Position numbers and translations under genes: made by a program. From Candidatus Nanoarchaeia archaeon (GTDB lineage: Archaea; Nanobdellota; Nanobdellia; SCGC-AAA011-G17; GW2011-AR17), in contig JBAZYQ010000001.1 of the NCBI GenBank assembly GCA_041659245.1, positions 4,912 to 68,911 on the forward strand: a DNA stretch of 64,000 nucleotides. The letters are read 5' to 3'. The notes under the pieces were generated by a model. The model was not told the DNA's origin. It saw nothing but the letters and a program-made list of their open reading frames with translations, and made no database searches. Every line of letters starts with the position of its first letter. Position 1 is the first letter of the stretch. Of the stretch, positions 50,201 through 61,292 are shown one piece after another.

Positions 50201-51141
50201 TTGATTTTTTCCCTCCAAAACTCAACCATATCCTTAAGAGTCTTGTCAATGGGTATAGACTGCTTCCACCCTGTGCTGTTTTTAAGCTTTGTGGAGTCTC
50301 CGAATATTATTGTTTCGTCAGTGGTTCTCAATAACTTGGGATCAACTTCTATTTTGCATTTTATGCCTGTGATTTTTATTATTTCATCAAGTATGTCTTT
50401 AATCAGATATGCCTTTTCTCCGCAAAGGTTATAGACTTCTCCTGCTTGTCCTTTTTCAGCCAGAAGATAGAATGCATTGATTATGTCTCTCACATCTGTG
50501 ATAGCTCTTTTTGCATTAAGGTTTCCAACTTTAAAGACAGGATTCTGCTTCCCCTTCTCTATCATCACTGCCTGTTTTGTGAAATCAGAGCAAACATCAT
50601 TGACTTTTCCTGGGCCTGTTGTGTTGAATATTCTTACTCTTATGCCTTTCATTCCAAAATTCTTAAAATACTGGTACGTGAGAAAATCCTGCCCAACCTT
50701 GCTGACTCCATAGGGATGCAGTGGAAGCAGTGAATGCTCTTCTTTTATCGGAATCTCTTCAGGCTTTACAAATCCGTACTCTGCTGATGAGCATGCAACA
50801 ATCACAACCGGATTCATTTTTAATTCTTTCAATGACTCAAACAAGTTGATTGTGCCTTCAATGTTTGACTGTACTGTGAAGTTTGGCTTTTCCCATGAAA
50901 CAGTTGGATAGCTTTGCGCAGCAAGATGGTAGACTTGGTCAGGCTTGAATTCCTTCAATAGCTTCTTGAATTTTTCCTTGTCTCTTACGTCAAGCTCAAC
51001 TGCCTTTCCTAATTTTTTTAATTCCTTTATATCAGAAATAGGCTCATAATAAGTTGACATGACTTCCGCGCCTTTCTCATGCAAAAATCTTGCAAGATGG
51101 GGGCCCATGAATCCGCCTGCGCCTGTTATGAATGCTCTCAT
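50197..51141 (-). CDS. GDP-sugar-modifying extended SDR (Rmd/DmhA-like), probably acting on GDP-heptose
   Basis: ITGAGGFMG, HLAAQSYP.VSW, SSAEYG, PYGVSK, FNTTGP, VGNL...R..TDVRD; embedded between gmhB and gmhA. Confidence 0.8.
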   Translation of the reverse strand: MRAFITGAGGFMGPHLARFLHEKGAEVMSTYYEPISDIKELKKLGKAVELDVRDKEKFKKLLKEFKPDQVYHLAAQSYPTVSWEKPNFTVQSNIEGTINLFESLKELKMNPVVIVACSSAEYGFVKPEEIPIKEEHSLLPLHPYGVSKVGQDFLTYQYFKNFGMKGIRVRIFNTTGPGKVNDVCSDFTKQAVMIEKGKQNPVFKVGNLNAKRAITDVRDIINAFYLLAEKGQAGEVYNLCGEKAYLIKDILDEIIKITGIKCKIEVDPKLLRTTDETIIFGDSTKLKNSTGWKQSIPIDKTLKDMVEFWREKIK

Positions 51142-51701
51142 TTGTTCTCACCTAATATTATCTTTGCCGCATCATATAAATCTTCTGCAGTATAGTTAGG
51201 GACAGCCTCTGCTGTATTGTCCTTTCCGCCGTAGCCTGTCAGAACAAGAATTGTTTTCACGCCTGCTGACAAACCTGCTTTAATATCTGCTTTTTTGTCT
51301 CCAACCATAAAGCTTTGTTTTAAATCAATATTATGCTCTTTTGCAGCCTGAATAAGCATTCCCGGCTTTGGCTTTCTGCAATCGCATTCTGTCTTGTATT
51401 TTCCAATGCCTTTTTCAGCATGGTGAAAGCACATGTATGTCGCATCAACCCTGGCTCCTTTTTCTTTAAGCAAGGAAATAACTTTCAAATGCACTTTCAT
51501 TGCCTGCTCTTCAGAGCACATTCCCCTGCCAACAGCAGCCTGGTTTGTTATTATGATAACTTTGTATTTCTTGTTAAGAAGCGCAATTGCCTCGGCAGCT
51601 TTTGGAATAAGAGATACATCTTCCTCTTTGGTAATGTGGTCTACATCCTTTATTATAACTCCGTCCCTGTCCAAAAATACTGCTGGTTTTTTTAGTTCCA
51701 T
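51138..51701 (-). CDS. gmhB: D-glycero-D-manno-heptose 1,7-bisphosphate phosphatase
   Basis: FLDRDGV, ITNQ, CFHH...CDCRKPKPGM (Zn site), MVGD..AD, TGYG. Confidence 0.93.
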   Translation of the reverse strand: MELKKPAVFLDRDGVIIKDVDHITKEEDVSLIPKAAEAIALLNKKYKVIIITNQAAVGRGMCSEEQAMKVHLKVISLLKEKGARVDATYMCFHHAEKGIGKYKTECDCRKPKPGMLIQAAKEHNIDLKQSFMVGDKKADIKAGLSAGVKTILVLTGYGGKDNTAEAVPNYTAEDLYDAAKIILGENK

Positions 51702-51824
51702 TACTATAATTGAAGGCTTTTGAAATGCTTAAAAAGTTTGTGTATAGCGCGTCGAAACTGCAGATAAACAGTTTACATTTCTTATACATAAGGCTTTTAA
51801 ATGGTTCCTTGCAAAATTCTGCAT

Positions 51825-52721
51825 ATGAACGACAAAGTTTATCTTATGGCAAACAATGCAGCAATTGACGCTACAATACTTACAAAAGGTGACATAGTGC
51901 CTGCGTATGCAAAACATCATGGAATCCCTTTGGAGAGAATAGCTGCAATAGGCGATGAAATAATAGACTTGCCTATGCTTACAACTGAGGGATTGGGCTT
52001 TGTTGGCGCTCCTGCCAATGCTCAGGACAAGGTAAAGGAGGCAGTTGCAAAAATGCAGAATGGCTGGATTTCTTCGTGCCAAGTGCTTGACGCATTTATT
52101 GAGTTTTATGCTCTCACCAAGAAAAGAAATATTTCCCATATAATCTCAGACAAAGATGGAGTGCTTCTTGCAAAGGGTGACTTGGCAAGGGGCGCTGAAT
52201 TTTATGCTCTTATGCAATATGCAGGAGTTGGCGGGAATCCTTTTGTTACTGTATTAACAGGTTCTTCTGTAGGACAGAATGCAAAATTCATGAAAGGATA
52301 TGGCCTTGATGCAAGGCTTGAATCAAATCCTGCTATAAAGAAAAATCCTTATCTGCTTCTCGCTGAAAACGGGTTAATTCATCTTGATGTGCTGTCAGGC
52401 AATACCTTGAACTTTTGTAAAATACTTAATCCCTATCTTCTCACAAAACTGAAAAATGAATTTGAGCCTGAAGTTGCTAGGAGAATGGAAGCAGAGATAT
52501 TCCCTATATTTGGTTTTGAGTGGAGTGCTGATTCTGAAGATCAGGCTGAGAAGGTGTATCATGCTCCAAAGCAAGGCATGGTTACATTCAATGTGCCTCG
52601 CTATTTTAAAGACGGAAGCGATTACAGGAAATCAGCGCAGGCAAAAGCATACAGGGAAAACATGATAAAGCTCATGTCTGAAACTGCTGAGAAAATACAG
52701 ATGCATTATGAAATATTATAG
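51825..52721 (+). CDS. Circularly permuted Cof-type (HAD subfamily IIB) phosphatase
   Basis: Motifs III/IV (TKG...AIGDEIIDLPML...APANAQ) precede motif I (ISDKDGVLL), motif II (VLTGSS) and LAENG; likely start ATG 51825 after TTTTAAAT. Confidence 0.75.
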   Translation: MNDKVYLMANNAAIDATILTKGDIVPAYAKHHGIPLERIAAIGDEIIDLPMLTTEGLGFVGAPANAQDKVKEAVAKMQNGWISSCQVLDAFIEFYALTKKRNISHIISDKDGVLLAKGDLARGAEFYALMQYAGVGGNPFVTVLTGSSVGQNAKFMKGYGLDARLESNPAIKKNPYLLLAENGLIHLDVLSGNTLNFCKILNPYLLTKLKNEFEPEVARRMEAEIFPIFGFEWSADSEDQAEKVYHAPKQGMVTFNVPRYFKDGSDYRKSAQAKAYRENMIKLMSETAEKIQMHYEIL

Positions 52722-52744
52722 AATGAATTTATTATTTCGGCTTT

Positions 52745-53656
52745 TTATTTCTTGTCTTTCCCAATCCTTATCATCAGCACGCCTACCAACGCAAGCCCAA
52801 TAGTCGCTATTGAATAAATCAAAGACGCAGCCATCACAAGCCCTGCGGGAACTCCTATCAAGCCGTACATGTAAACAGACGCTCCCTCTTTCAATCCCAA
52901 GCCTGAGATTGTTATTGGAATAAGGGCAAGTATATTTATGGTTACTGAGATAAGATATACATAGGGGAAATCAACATAAACTCCCGCCATCCCGAGCACA
53001 AGCCACATTGACAATGCAAGTATTGCCCAGCGGATTGCAGACAAAAGAATCAGGATTATGAACAATGAATAATCTTTTCTCATAAACAATTTTAGCTTTT
53101 CAGTGAATTCCTCAAATGACATTGCATATTTTTTAAGAAATTTTGAAATAACCTTTGTTCCAAAGCGAAGAAACAGGACAAATGAAAGCAATGCAATTAT
53201 TGCAATCATCATTGGAATGTAAATTTTTCCTCCAGGCAACAGAAGATAAAAGGTGATTGTGGCCATCATAACATAAAAAGCAAATGTTCCTGCCTTGTCA
53301 ACAAGATACATGATTGCAGAATCCTTCACTTCAATATTCTGCTTTTTAAGAAAATAAAGAATTGACAAGTCACCGAATTTTCCGGGAATTATCGTGCCTA
53401 TGCTCCAGCTTGAAACAAAATGCCTGAACAGCGTCATGAACCTTATTTTCACATTTATTCTTGAAAGAACAAGATAATATGATGCCGTGTTAAGCAATGC
53501 ATTAAGGAGATAGCCAATGGCAATTATTAAATAGACAAGGGGATTTGTGGATGAGATAATGCCTGCAATTTCCCTGAACCCGATTGCATATATCAGCGCT
53601 GAAATTATTGCAATTCCAAACCCGGCTTTCATGAGGGTAAAATATGGCTTTTTCAT
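52745..53656 (-). CDS. UPF0104 / lysylphosphatidylglycerol synthase TM-domain protein (putative flippase)
   Basis: PGKFGD, DK, IPITISGLGLKE, 8-9 TM; start trimmed to ATG 53656. Confidence 0.85.
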   Translation of the reverse strand: MKKPYFTLMKAGFGIAIISALIYAIGFREIAGIISSTNPLVYLIIAIGYLLNALLNTASYYLVLSRINVKIRFMTLFRHFVSSWSIGTIIPGKFGDLSILYFLKKQNIEVKDSAIMYLVDKAGTFAFYVMMATITFYLLLPGGKIYIPMMIAIIALLSFVLFLRFGTKVISKFLKKYAMSFEEFTEKLKLFMRKDYSLFIILILLSAIRWAILALSMWLVLGMAGVYVDFPYVYLISVTINILALIPITISGLGLKEGASVYMYGLIGVPAGLVMAASLIYSIATIGLALVGVLMIRIGKDKK

Positions 53657-53672
53657 ATTGCTGTAATGCATA

Positions 53673-53690
53673 GAAAGGTTTATATATAAG
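53673..53690. promoter_or_regulatory. Near-palindromic TATA element, candidate rRNA promoter (+) and promoter of the 53656 gene (-)
   Basis: GAAAGG TTTATATATAAG: BRE-like purines plus TATA on +; CTTATATATAAA on -, about 25 nt from ATG 53656. Confidence 0.6.
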
Positions 53691-53918
53691 ATGCCTACTT
53701 AATGTTCTGAAAGAAGATAGACGATAGTGAATGATATCTTCTTACTAATGTTCGAAAATTCATTTTCGAATAAATTGTTCTAGTTCCTATATGGAACGAG
53801 AGGCGTTTTGCCTCGCAAGTTCGCGCAACGCGAGCAGCGGAATGCATGCATTCCGTTCAGTGCCTACTCTGAATAGGCATACATCATAATGAGTGCTTGA
53901 TTGAACAATCCTGCATGA

Positions 53919-53950
53919 TGTGGGCAAGACGGCAATAATATTGTATATTA
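53919..53950 (+). other. 5' arm of the 16S processing stem with bulge-helix-bulge
   Basis: TGTGGGCAAGAC pairs with GTCTTGCCCACA (55577-55588); GGCA/TGCT 4-bp helix flanked by 3-nt bulges ATA and AAA; ATTGTATATTA pairs with TAATATACAAT (55558-55568). Confidence 0.8.
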
Positions 53951-54057
53951 TTGCGTGCACTAATAAGTAAAATTTTATACCTCTATTTTTTGGTAGCTAT
54001 ATTAGTTTAAGTTTAGTTTCGATTTATTTTCTACGACAGAAACGCGACATTTAATGA

Positions 54058-55534
<1,477 letters not shown>

Positions 55535-55604
55535 TTTATTTATTTATGTACAATATTTAATATACAATTTGCTAAAGTCTTGCCCACAAAAATGCTTTGG
55601 CTTT

Positions 55605-55676
55605 GGGCTCGTAGCGCAGTGGTAGCGCACTGCCCTTGCAAGGCAGGGGTCTCGGGTTCGAATCCCGACGAGTCCA
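55605..55676 (+). tRNA. tRNA-Ala(TGC)
   Basis: Cloverleaf GGGCTCG/CGAGTCC with G3:U70, anticodon TGC at 55637-55639, TTCGAAT T-loop; CCA not encoded. Confidence 0.97.
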
Positions 55677-55929
55677 TTATGTATTTCCATTTTGGATTTC
55701 ATACCCGGCTGCAGGAGAATAAAATTTAGCTAAAGCAGATCACATATCATATTCAAACATATCATTGTTTGATCCGAAACCGAAAGGTTTCATTTGTGCG
55801 GTTCGCGTCGCGAGAAGCGGACTAAGGGCATTATGTCCATGAAGCAATAGTTTCATGGTACAGTATCATCGCAAACCAAAAGTTTGCACAGATGTTCATG
55901 GTGCCGTGCATAGGCAAGACAGTCTAGAT

Positions 55930-58846
55930 CCTACTTATGCCATCAGGTGAACGACTTGGTTCAGGACACTGAAGAAGGGCGTGGCAAGCTACGAAATTCT
56001 CTGGCGAGGTGCATGCGGCCATTGAACCAGAGGTACCCTAATGTGACCTCACATCGCGCAGCAATGCGCGATATCCGGAAACGGAGAGGAACCCGGGGGA
56101 CTGAAGCGTCTTAGTACCCGGAGGAAAAGAAATCAAACACGAGATGCCGTTAGTATCAGCGAGACAAAGCGGCAGAAGGCAAACCGAATGCTGTATAGAA
56201 ATGTACAGCGCATGTGGTGTTATAGGGACTGCATTTAGATCATAGTAAGTTGATTCAAAGTTTTCTGGAAAGAAATGCCATAGAGGGTGAAAGCCCCGTA
56301 GAAGTAAACTGAAACGGTTGAGCAGTTACCTGAGTAGCGCTACTTGGATATGTGGCGTGAAATCGGGAGGCATCAACTCCCAACCTTAAATATGTCCTGA
56401 GACCGATAGCGAAGCTAGTACCGTGAGGGAAAGTTGAAAAGAACCCGTAACAGGGAGTCAAAAGAGCCGGAAACCTGGTGGTGATCGTTAGATAGGGCAC
56501 TACGGTGTTCTATCGTTCGTTTCGAATAACGGGCCAAGGAGTGCATATGAGTGGCGAGGGTAATGGTGTTAAGCCAGCACCCTAAGGGAAACCAAATTTC
56601 CGCAGCCGCAAGGCGAGGGAAAAGGTATGAAAGTGCCATTAGTCACTTGTTTGCGACCCGAAACCGTGCGATCTAGTCGAGGGTAAGGTGAAATCCAGCA
56701 ATGGATGGAGGCCTGAAGAGTTACTGCGTGCATGCGTCCTTCTAACTTTCGACTAGGGGTGAAAAGCCAATCGAGCACGGTGATAGCTGGTTCCTGCCGA
56801 AATAGGCGCCAGTCTAGTTTCAGAGGAGATGACCGAGGAGGTAGAGCTACGGATTGGGAAGCCCGGGGGAGAAATCTCTCACTTTCCTGTCCAACTCCGA
56901 ATGCTTTGGTATCGTAGAATCTGAAAAACGGCGGCACTGGGGTAAGCTTGTGTCGCTAGGGGGGAACAGCCCAGACTGCAGTTAAGGTCCCTAAGTATTG
57001 ATTAAGTGTTAACGGGCGAAAGGGTTTGAAGCCCGAGACAGCGGGGAGGTATGCTCAGAAGCAGCAATCCTTCAAAGAAAGCGTAACAGCTCACCCGTCA
57101 AGGTCTCATGCCCTGAAAATGGACGGGACTAAATCAATTACCGATACTGCAGGCCACAGAAATGTGTGCGGTAGGCAGGTGTTCTGCAGGGGTAGAAGCA
57201 CGTTCGAGAGTATGTGTGGACCTTGTGGAATTATGAATCTTGGCGGTAGTAGGAACTAGACAGAGTGAAAATCTCTGATACCGAAAGGGCTAGGGTTTCT
57301 CAGCAATGTCAATCAACTGAGAGTAAGTCAGTCCTAACCGGCCTCCTAACTGGAGGAACTGGGAAAGGGCAAAAGGTTAATAATCCTTTACTAATCGGAT
57401 ACGCGCGGCAACGCAAGTTCCGCTTCAGACGTTTTTGGCTAGATCGACAGAAGCAGTCGCTTCTGTTAACATGGATAAGCCGGTGGAGTACCGTAATGGT
57501 GAGAAACCGGTTAAACTATGGAATAGCAGTCCTTATGGATTGTTCGATTGATGCCTGGAGCCCGTGAAAATGGAGCGGAAAAGGAATCTGATTATCTGTA
57601 CCAAGAACCAGCACTGGTGCCCCTAGATGAGAAGTCTAAGGTATGAGGGAATAAACTAAGCTAAGGGAAATCGACAAACTAGCCCCGTAACTTCGGAAGA
57701 AGGGGTCCCTGCGATTGTATTCGTATGAGTGCAATTACAGGGTTCAATAACTAGGGGGGCCCGACTGTTTAACAAAAACAAAGCAATTCGCGAGTCCGCA
57801 AGGATGTGTATGGATTGCTACGTCTGCCCAGTGCCAGTACTTTAAACTCCGGTTCAACGGAGCTAAGAGCTGGTAAACGGCGGGAATAACTATAATTCTC
57901 TTAAGGTAGCGAAATACCTTGTCGTTTAAATGACGACCTGCATGAAGGGCGTAACGAGGTCCCCATTGTCCCTAGCTAGAGTCCTCCGAACTCAACATTC
58001 TGGTGTGAAGTCCAGAGATTTCCAGTGGGAAGCGAAGACCCCGTAGAACTTTACTGTAGTTTGTTGCTGTGATGCGAGTTTTGTTGTGCAGCGTAGGCGG
58101 AAGTCGCTAAAGCAGGATCGCTAGATTCTGTGTAGACGCCGATGAAACACCGCCCTTCAGGGCTTGCATCGCTCACCTCGCGAGAGGGACACCAATAGAT
58201 GGACAGTTTGGCTGGGGCGGCACCCTGCTGAAAGTGTATCAGTAGGGCCCAAAGGTTGACTCATCCCATTTAGAAATTGGGAGTAGAGTGCAAGAGCAAA
58301 AGTCAGCCTAACTGAATTTCGAATCGAAAGAAATTCAGGGACGCAAGTCTGGTCTAGCGAACCTCTATGTCCTCCTTGATGGGGGCTAGAGATGACAGAA
58401 AAGCTATCTCGGGGATAACTGAGTTGTCGCGCCCTAGAGTTCCTATCGACGGCGCGGCTTGCTACTTCGATGTCGGCTCATCCTATCCTGGGCGTGCAGA
58501 AGCGTCCAAGGGTGGGGGTGTTCACCCATTAAAAGGGTTCGTGAGCTGGGTTAAGAACGTCGCGAGACAGTTTGTATGATATCTACCGGAAATGTATTAA
58601 GGTCTGAGGGGAAGAATCGTCTAGTACGAGAGGAACGGCGAATCGTGGCCTCTGGTCCATCGATTGTCCGACAGGGCAGGTCGAGCAGCTACGCCACAAG
58701 TCATAAATCCTGAAAGCATCTAAGGATGAAAGACGCCTCAAAAAGAGACCTAGAGCGCCTAAAGAACATAGGCTTGATAGGACTGGAGTGTAAGCACGAA
58801 GCTTCGGCGACGTGTTCAGCTCGCAGTTACTAAACACTCAAACTAA
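55930..58846 (+). rRNA. rrl: 23S rRNA (archaeal)
   Basis: GACCGATAGCGAA, CTCTTAAGGTAGCGAAAT, GCGAAGACCCC, GGGATAAC, CGATGTCGGCTC, sarcin-ricin AGTACGAGAGGAAC, CTGAAAGCATCTAAG; about 2.9 kb; ends approximate. Confidence 0.98.
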
Positions 58847-58874
58847 ATCTAGGCTGTCTTGCTTATCACGGCAT
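58847..58874 (+). other. 3' arm of the 23S processing stem
   Basis: ATCTAGGCTGTCTTGCTTATCACGGCAT pairs with GTGCCGTGCATAGGCAAGACAGTCTAGAT (55901-55929), with G-U pairs and one bulged C. Confidence 0.85.
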
Positions 58875-58877
58875 TCC

Positions 58878-58930
58878 TTTTTTCAAAAATCTCGATTTTT
58901 GAATATCCGAAAATTTTTGATTTTCGAATA
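58878..58930 (+). terminator. Probable rRNA operon terminator: T6 tract followed by two AT-rich inverted repeats
   Basis: TTTTTT at 58878-58883; TTCAAAAATC-TC-GATTTTTGAA; TATCCGAAAAT-TTTTG-ATTTTCGAATA. Confidence 0.5.
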
Positions 58931-59154
58931 TTTCATAATTCTATTTTATTTCTTTTATTCTTTGAATTAAAATTAAAAAGGAATGTGTATAGCGTGAGCT
59001 CTATTAAAATAAGGCGTAGAGTAAAGCCGAGCTCCGCTATTAATTCAAATAATTATTTGTTTTCAAAACAAGACAAGCAATTCTTTATAGCCGCAAGGCT
59101 CGCCTTACTCTTGTCTCAGATAATTATTTAAGCGGATTTCGGCATTGATAACAT

Positions 59155-60345
59155 ATGATCTTTAAGAAAGGCGAGCTAAAAGAATTATGGCCGTTCTATT
59201 TATATTACTTGATTTATGGATTTTCATCTCTGGTAATGCCTTTTATGATAATATATTTCAGGGATCTGAACCTGACTTTTTTCCAGATTGCATTAATCAC
59301 GTCGGGTTTCAGCATTGGGATGATGCTTTTTGAAGTGCCGACAGGCGCTTTTGCAGACGGATTGAGCAGAAAAATTTCAGTCATCATTGGCTTTCTGATG
59401 AATGCAGCTGCAATTTTAATGTTCCCTTTTTTTAACAGCCCTTATGTCTTATTTGTGCTTTGGACTTTCGCAGGAATAGGCATGAGCTTTATTAGCGGGG
59501 CAGAGGAAGCATGGGTTGTTGATAACCTGCGCAAGGCGAAACGGAAAGAGTTGCAGCAGGAATATTTTATCAAGGCGGCAAGCATTGCTGCATTTGGGGC
59601 GATATTTGCGCCATTGCTTGGCGCACTTTTTGTCAAATCACATCCAATTAAGTGGCTTTGGCTTATTTTCGGAGCTGGATTTTTGATAAACGCGATTATA
59701 TTATCTCTTTTTGCAAAGGAGCTTTACAAGCCGAAGCGCGTCAGCTTTTTGAAAAGCCTTAAAGAGACGTTTAAGAACGGTGCAAAGGGAATAAAGTTTA
59801 CATTTAGTCACAAGGTTATTCTGCTGCTGGTGTTAGGAGGGGCTTTTGCTATTCTTATGGAATTTGCATCTGACGGTTGGCAGCCTCTTTTAGTCAATTT
59901 TTCAATGCCAAAATACGGGTTGGGCATTATATTCTCTGTTGTGGCTGCAGTTTCAATGGTAGTGCCTTTTTTGTCAAGGCTTTTGCTGAGATTTAAGGTA
60001 AAGAATGTGATAGCAATTACTATTTTATTTAATATGATTTTATTATTTTCACTGATATTCCTATTTCCTCCAATGTTCATGTTTGCAGCTATAATATTCG
60101 TATTTAACAATGGGATTTGGTATTTGAATAACCCGCTTTTGCAATCTTATCTTCATAAATTTATTCCTACAAAAATAAGGGCAACAGTTATTTCTACGAA
60201 AAGCATGTTCAATAAGCTAGTTATAATCTTAGGTTCGCTTGTAGCAGGTGTTTTGATGGACTCTTTTGGTCCACAAAAGATAATTGCCTTAGGCAGTCTG
60301 TTCGGAATTTTCGCTATATTTTGCTACCTTAAGATAAAAGATTAA
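59155..60345 (+). CDS. MFS transporter
   Basis: 12 TM, EVPTGAFADGLSRK (motif A), SGAEEAW..D, IPTKIRATVIS, G.LMDSFG; TATTTAAG at 59126-59133. Confidence 0.93.
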   Translation: MIFKKGELKELWPFYLYYLIYGFSSLVMPFMIIYFRDLNLTFFQIALITSGFSIGMMLFEVPTGAFADGLSRKISVIIGFLMNAAAILMFPFFNSPYVLFVLWTFAGIGMSFISGAEEAWVVDNLRKAKRKELQQEYFIKAASIAAFGAIFAPLLGALFVKSHPIKWLWLIFGAGFLINAIILSLFAKELYKPKRVSFLKSLKETFKNGAKGIKFTFSHKVILLLVLGGAFAILMEFASDGWQPLLVNFSMPKYGLGIIFSVVAAVSMVVPFLSRLLLRFKVKNVIAITILFNMILLFSLIFLFPPMFMFAAIIFVFNNGIWYLNNPLLQSYLHKFIPTKIRATVISTKSMFNKLVIILGSLVAGVLMDSFGPQKIIALGSLFGIFAIFCYLKIKD

Positions 60346-60411
60346 TTCACGCCGCGAGGCTGGCTTTTTCTTGCAAACGCTTATATATTACGAAGTCATA
60401 CCTCCTGTTCT

Positions 60412-61191
60412 ATGGCGAAAAACGCTATTCTCGCACTTCTTGCCGCTTGTTCTATGTATTCTGCAAATGCAAATGCTGAGCAGTGTGTTGACCCTGTGAA
60501 GGAAACAGAGATAGGAGCGACAGCTGCATATACTAATAATCAAAATGAGTTTGGAAACTTGGATGCATTCCAGCTTCGCATCGGCGGAAGCACTGTAACA
60601 AATGTTTATGATAATCTTGATTTGGTTTTGGACAGCGGATATACAATGAATTATTACGGATACGAAAATATAGGGCTTCAGAAAGACTCTGTGACTGATG
60701 TTTCTGCCTTGCTTATGACAAATTACATGTGCGATTATTTTGGAGGCGGGTTGAATGTTGTTTATTACGACGGGTTTGGGGCTTATGATGACGGCTCTGA
60801 CATGAGCCTTACTGACTATTCAATAGGGCCTGCTGCCAGGGCGCAGTTTCTTGCCGAGGACATGGTTTTGACTTTTGATTATTCAATCGGATTTGGCGAG
60901 TACGGCAACAACAGGAACGGCGAGACGTTTAATATCAAGAACCAGTTTGGAATTGGCTTGGATTATAATATTATTGAAGGGCTTTATGCAGAAGCTTATT
61001 CAGAAGTTGTTTACAATTACATGCCTTTTACCTCAAGGCAGACTCTTGAGATTGTTGCAGGCGCTGAGCTGAGCTACAGGTTTGTGAAGTTTATGGCATT
61101 GAATGTATTTTATGAGCATTCCCGGATTTGGGGCGAGCCCACAAGGGAGAATATTGATTCTGTCGGCGGCGGATTGTCGCTGTTTTTCTAG
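60412..61191 (+). CDS. Secreted beta-strand-rich protein, outer-membrane beta-barrel-like
   Basis: Signal peptide ending ANANA; alternating amphipathic Gly/Tyr/Asp-rich strands; C-terminal GGGLSLFF; TTATATAT about 24 nt upstream. Confidence 0.7.
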   Translation: MAKNAILALLAACSMYSANANAEQCVDPVKETEIGATAAYTNNQNEFGNLDAFQLRIGGSTVTNVYDNLDLVLDSGYTMNYYGYENIGLQKDSVTDVSALLMTNYMCDYFGGGLNVVYYDGFGAYDDGSDMSLTDYSIGPAARAQFLAEDMVLTFDYSIGFGEYGNNRNGETFNIKNQFGIGLDYNIIEGLYAEAYSEVVYNYMPFTSRQTLEIVAGAELSYRFVKFMALNVFYEHSRIWGEPTRENIDSVGGGLSLFF

Positions 61192-61292
61192 CTTCCTGTC
61201 TTGCCTAAAACGTATCTACTTATAAATGACAAATAATAGAAAGGTTTATATATGGGCTTCTCTTTCAAATGACTAAGATTTATGGGGGTAAA

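Noticed and set aside
44182..51701. Heptose genes as evidence of a Gram-negative LPS locus or bacterial genome
   Set aside because: The set is the GDP route (HddA/HddC) with no HldE, HldD, Kdo or lipid A genes, and AglB, TATA boxes and rRNA are archaeal.
58847..59155. 5S rRNA after the 23S, and ORF 58859-59131
   Set aside because: No 5S-like sequence is recognisable, and unlinked 5S is common in archaea. The ORF has a TTG start, overlaps the processing stem and inverted repeats, and has no motifs.
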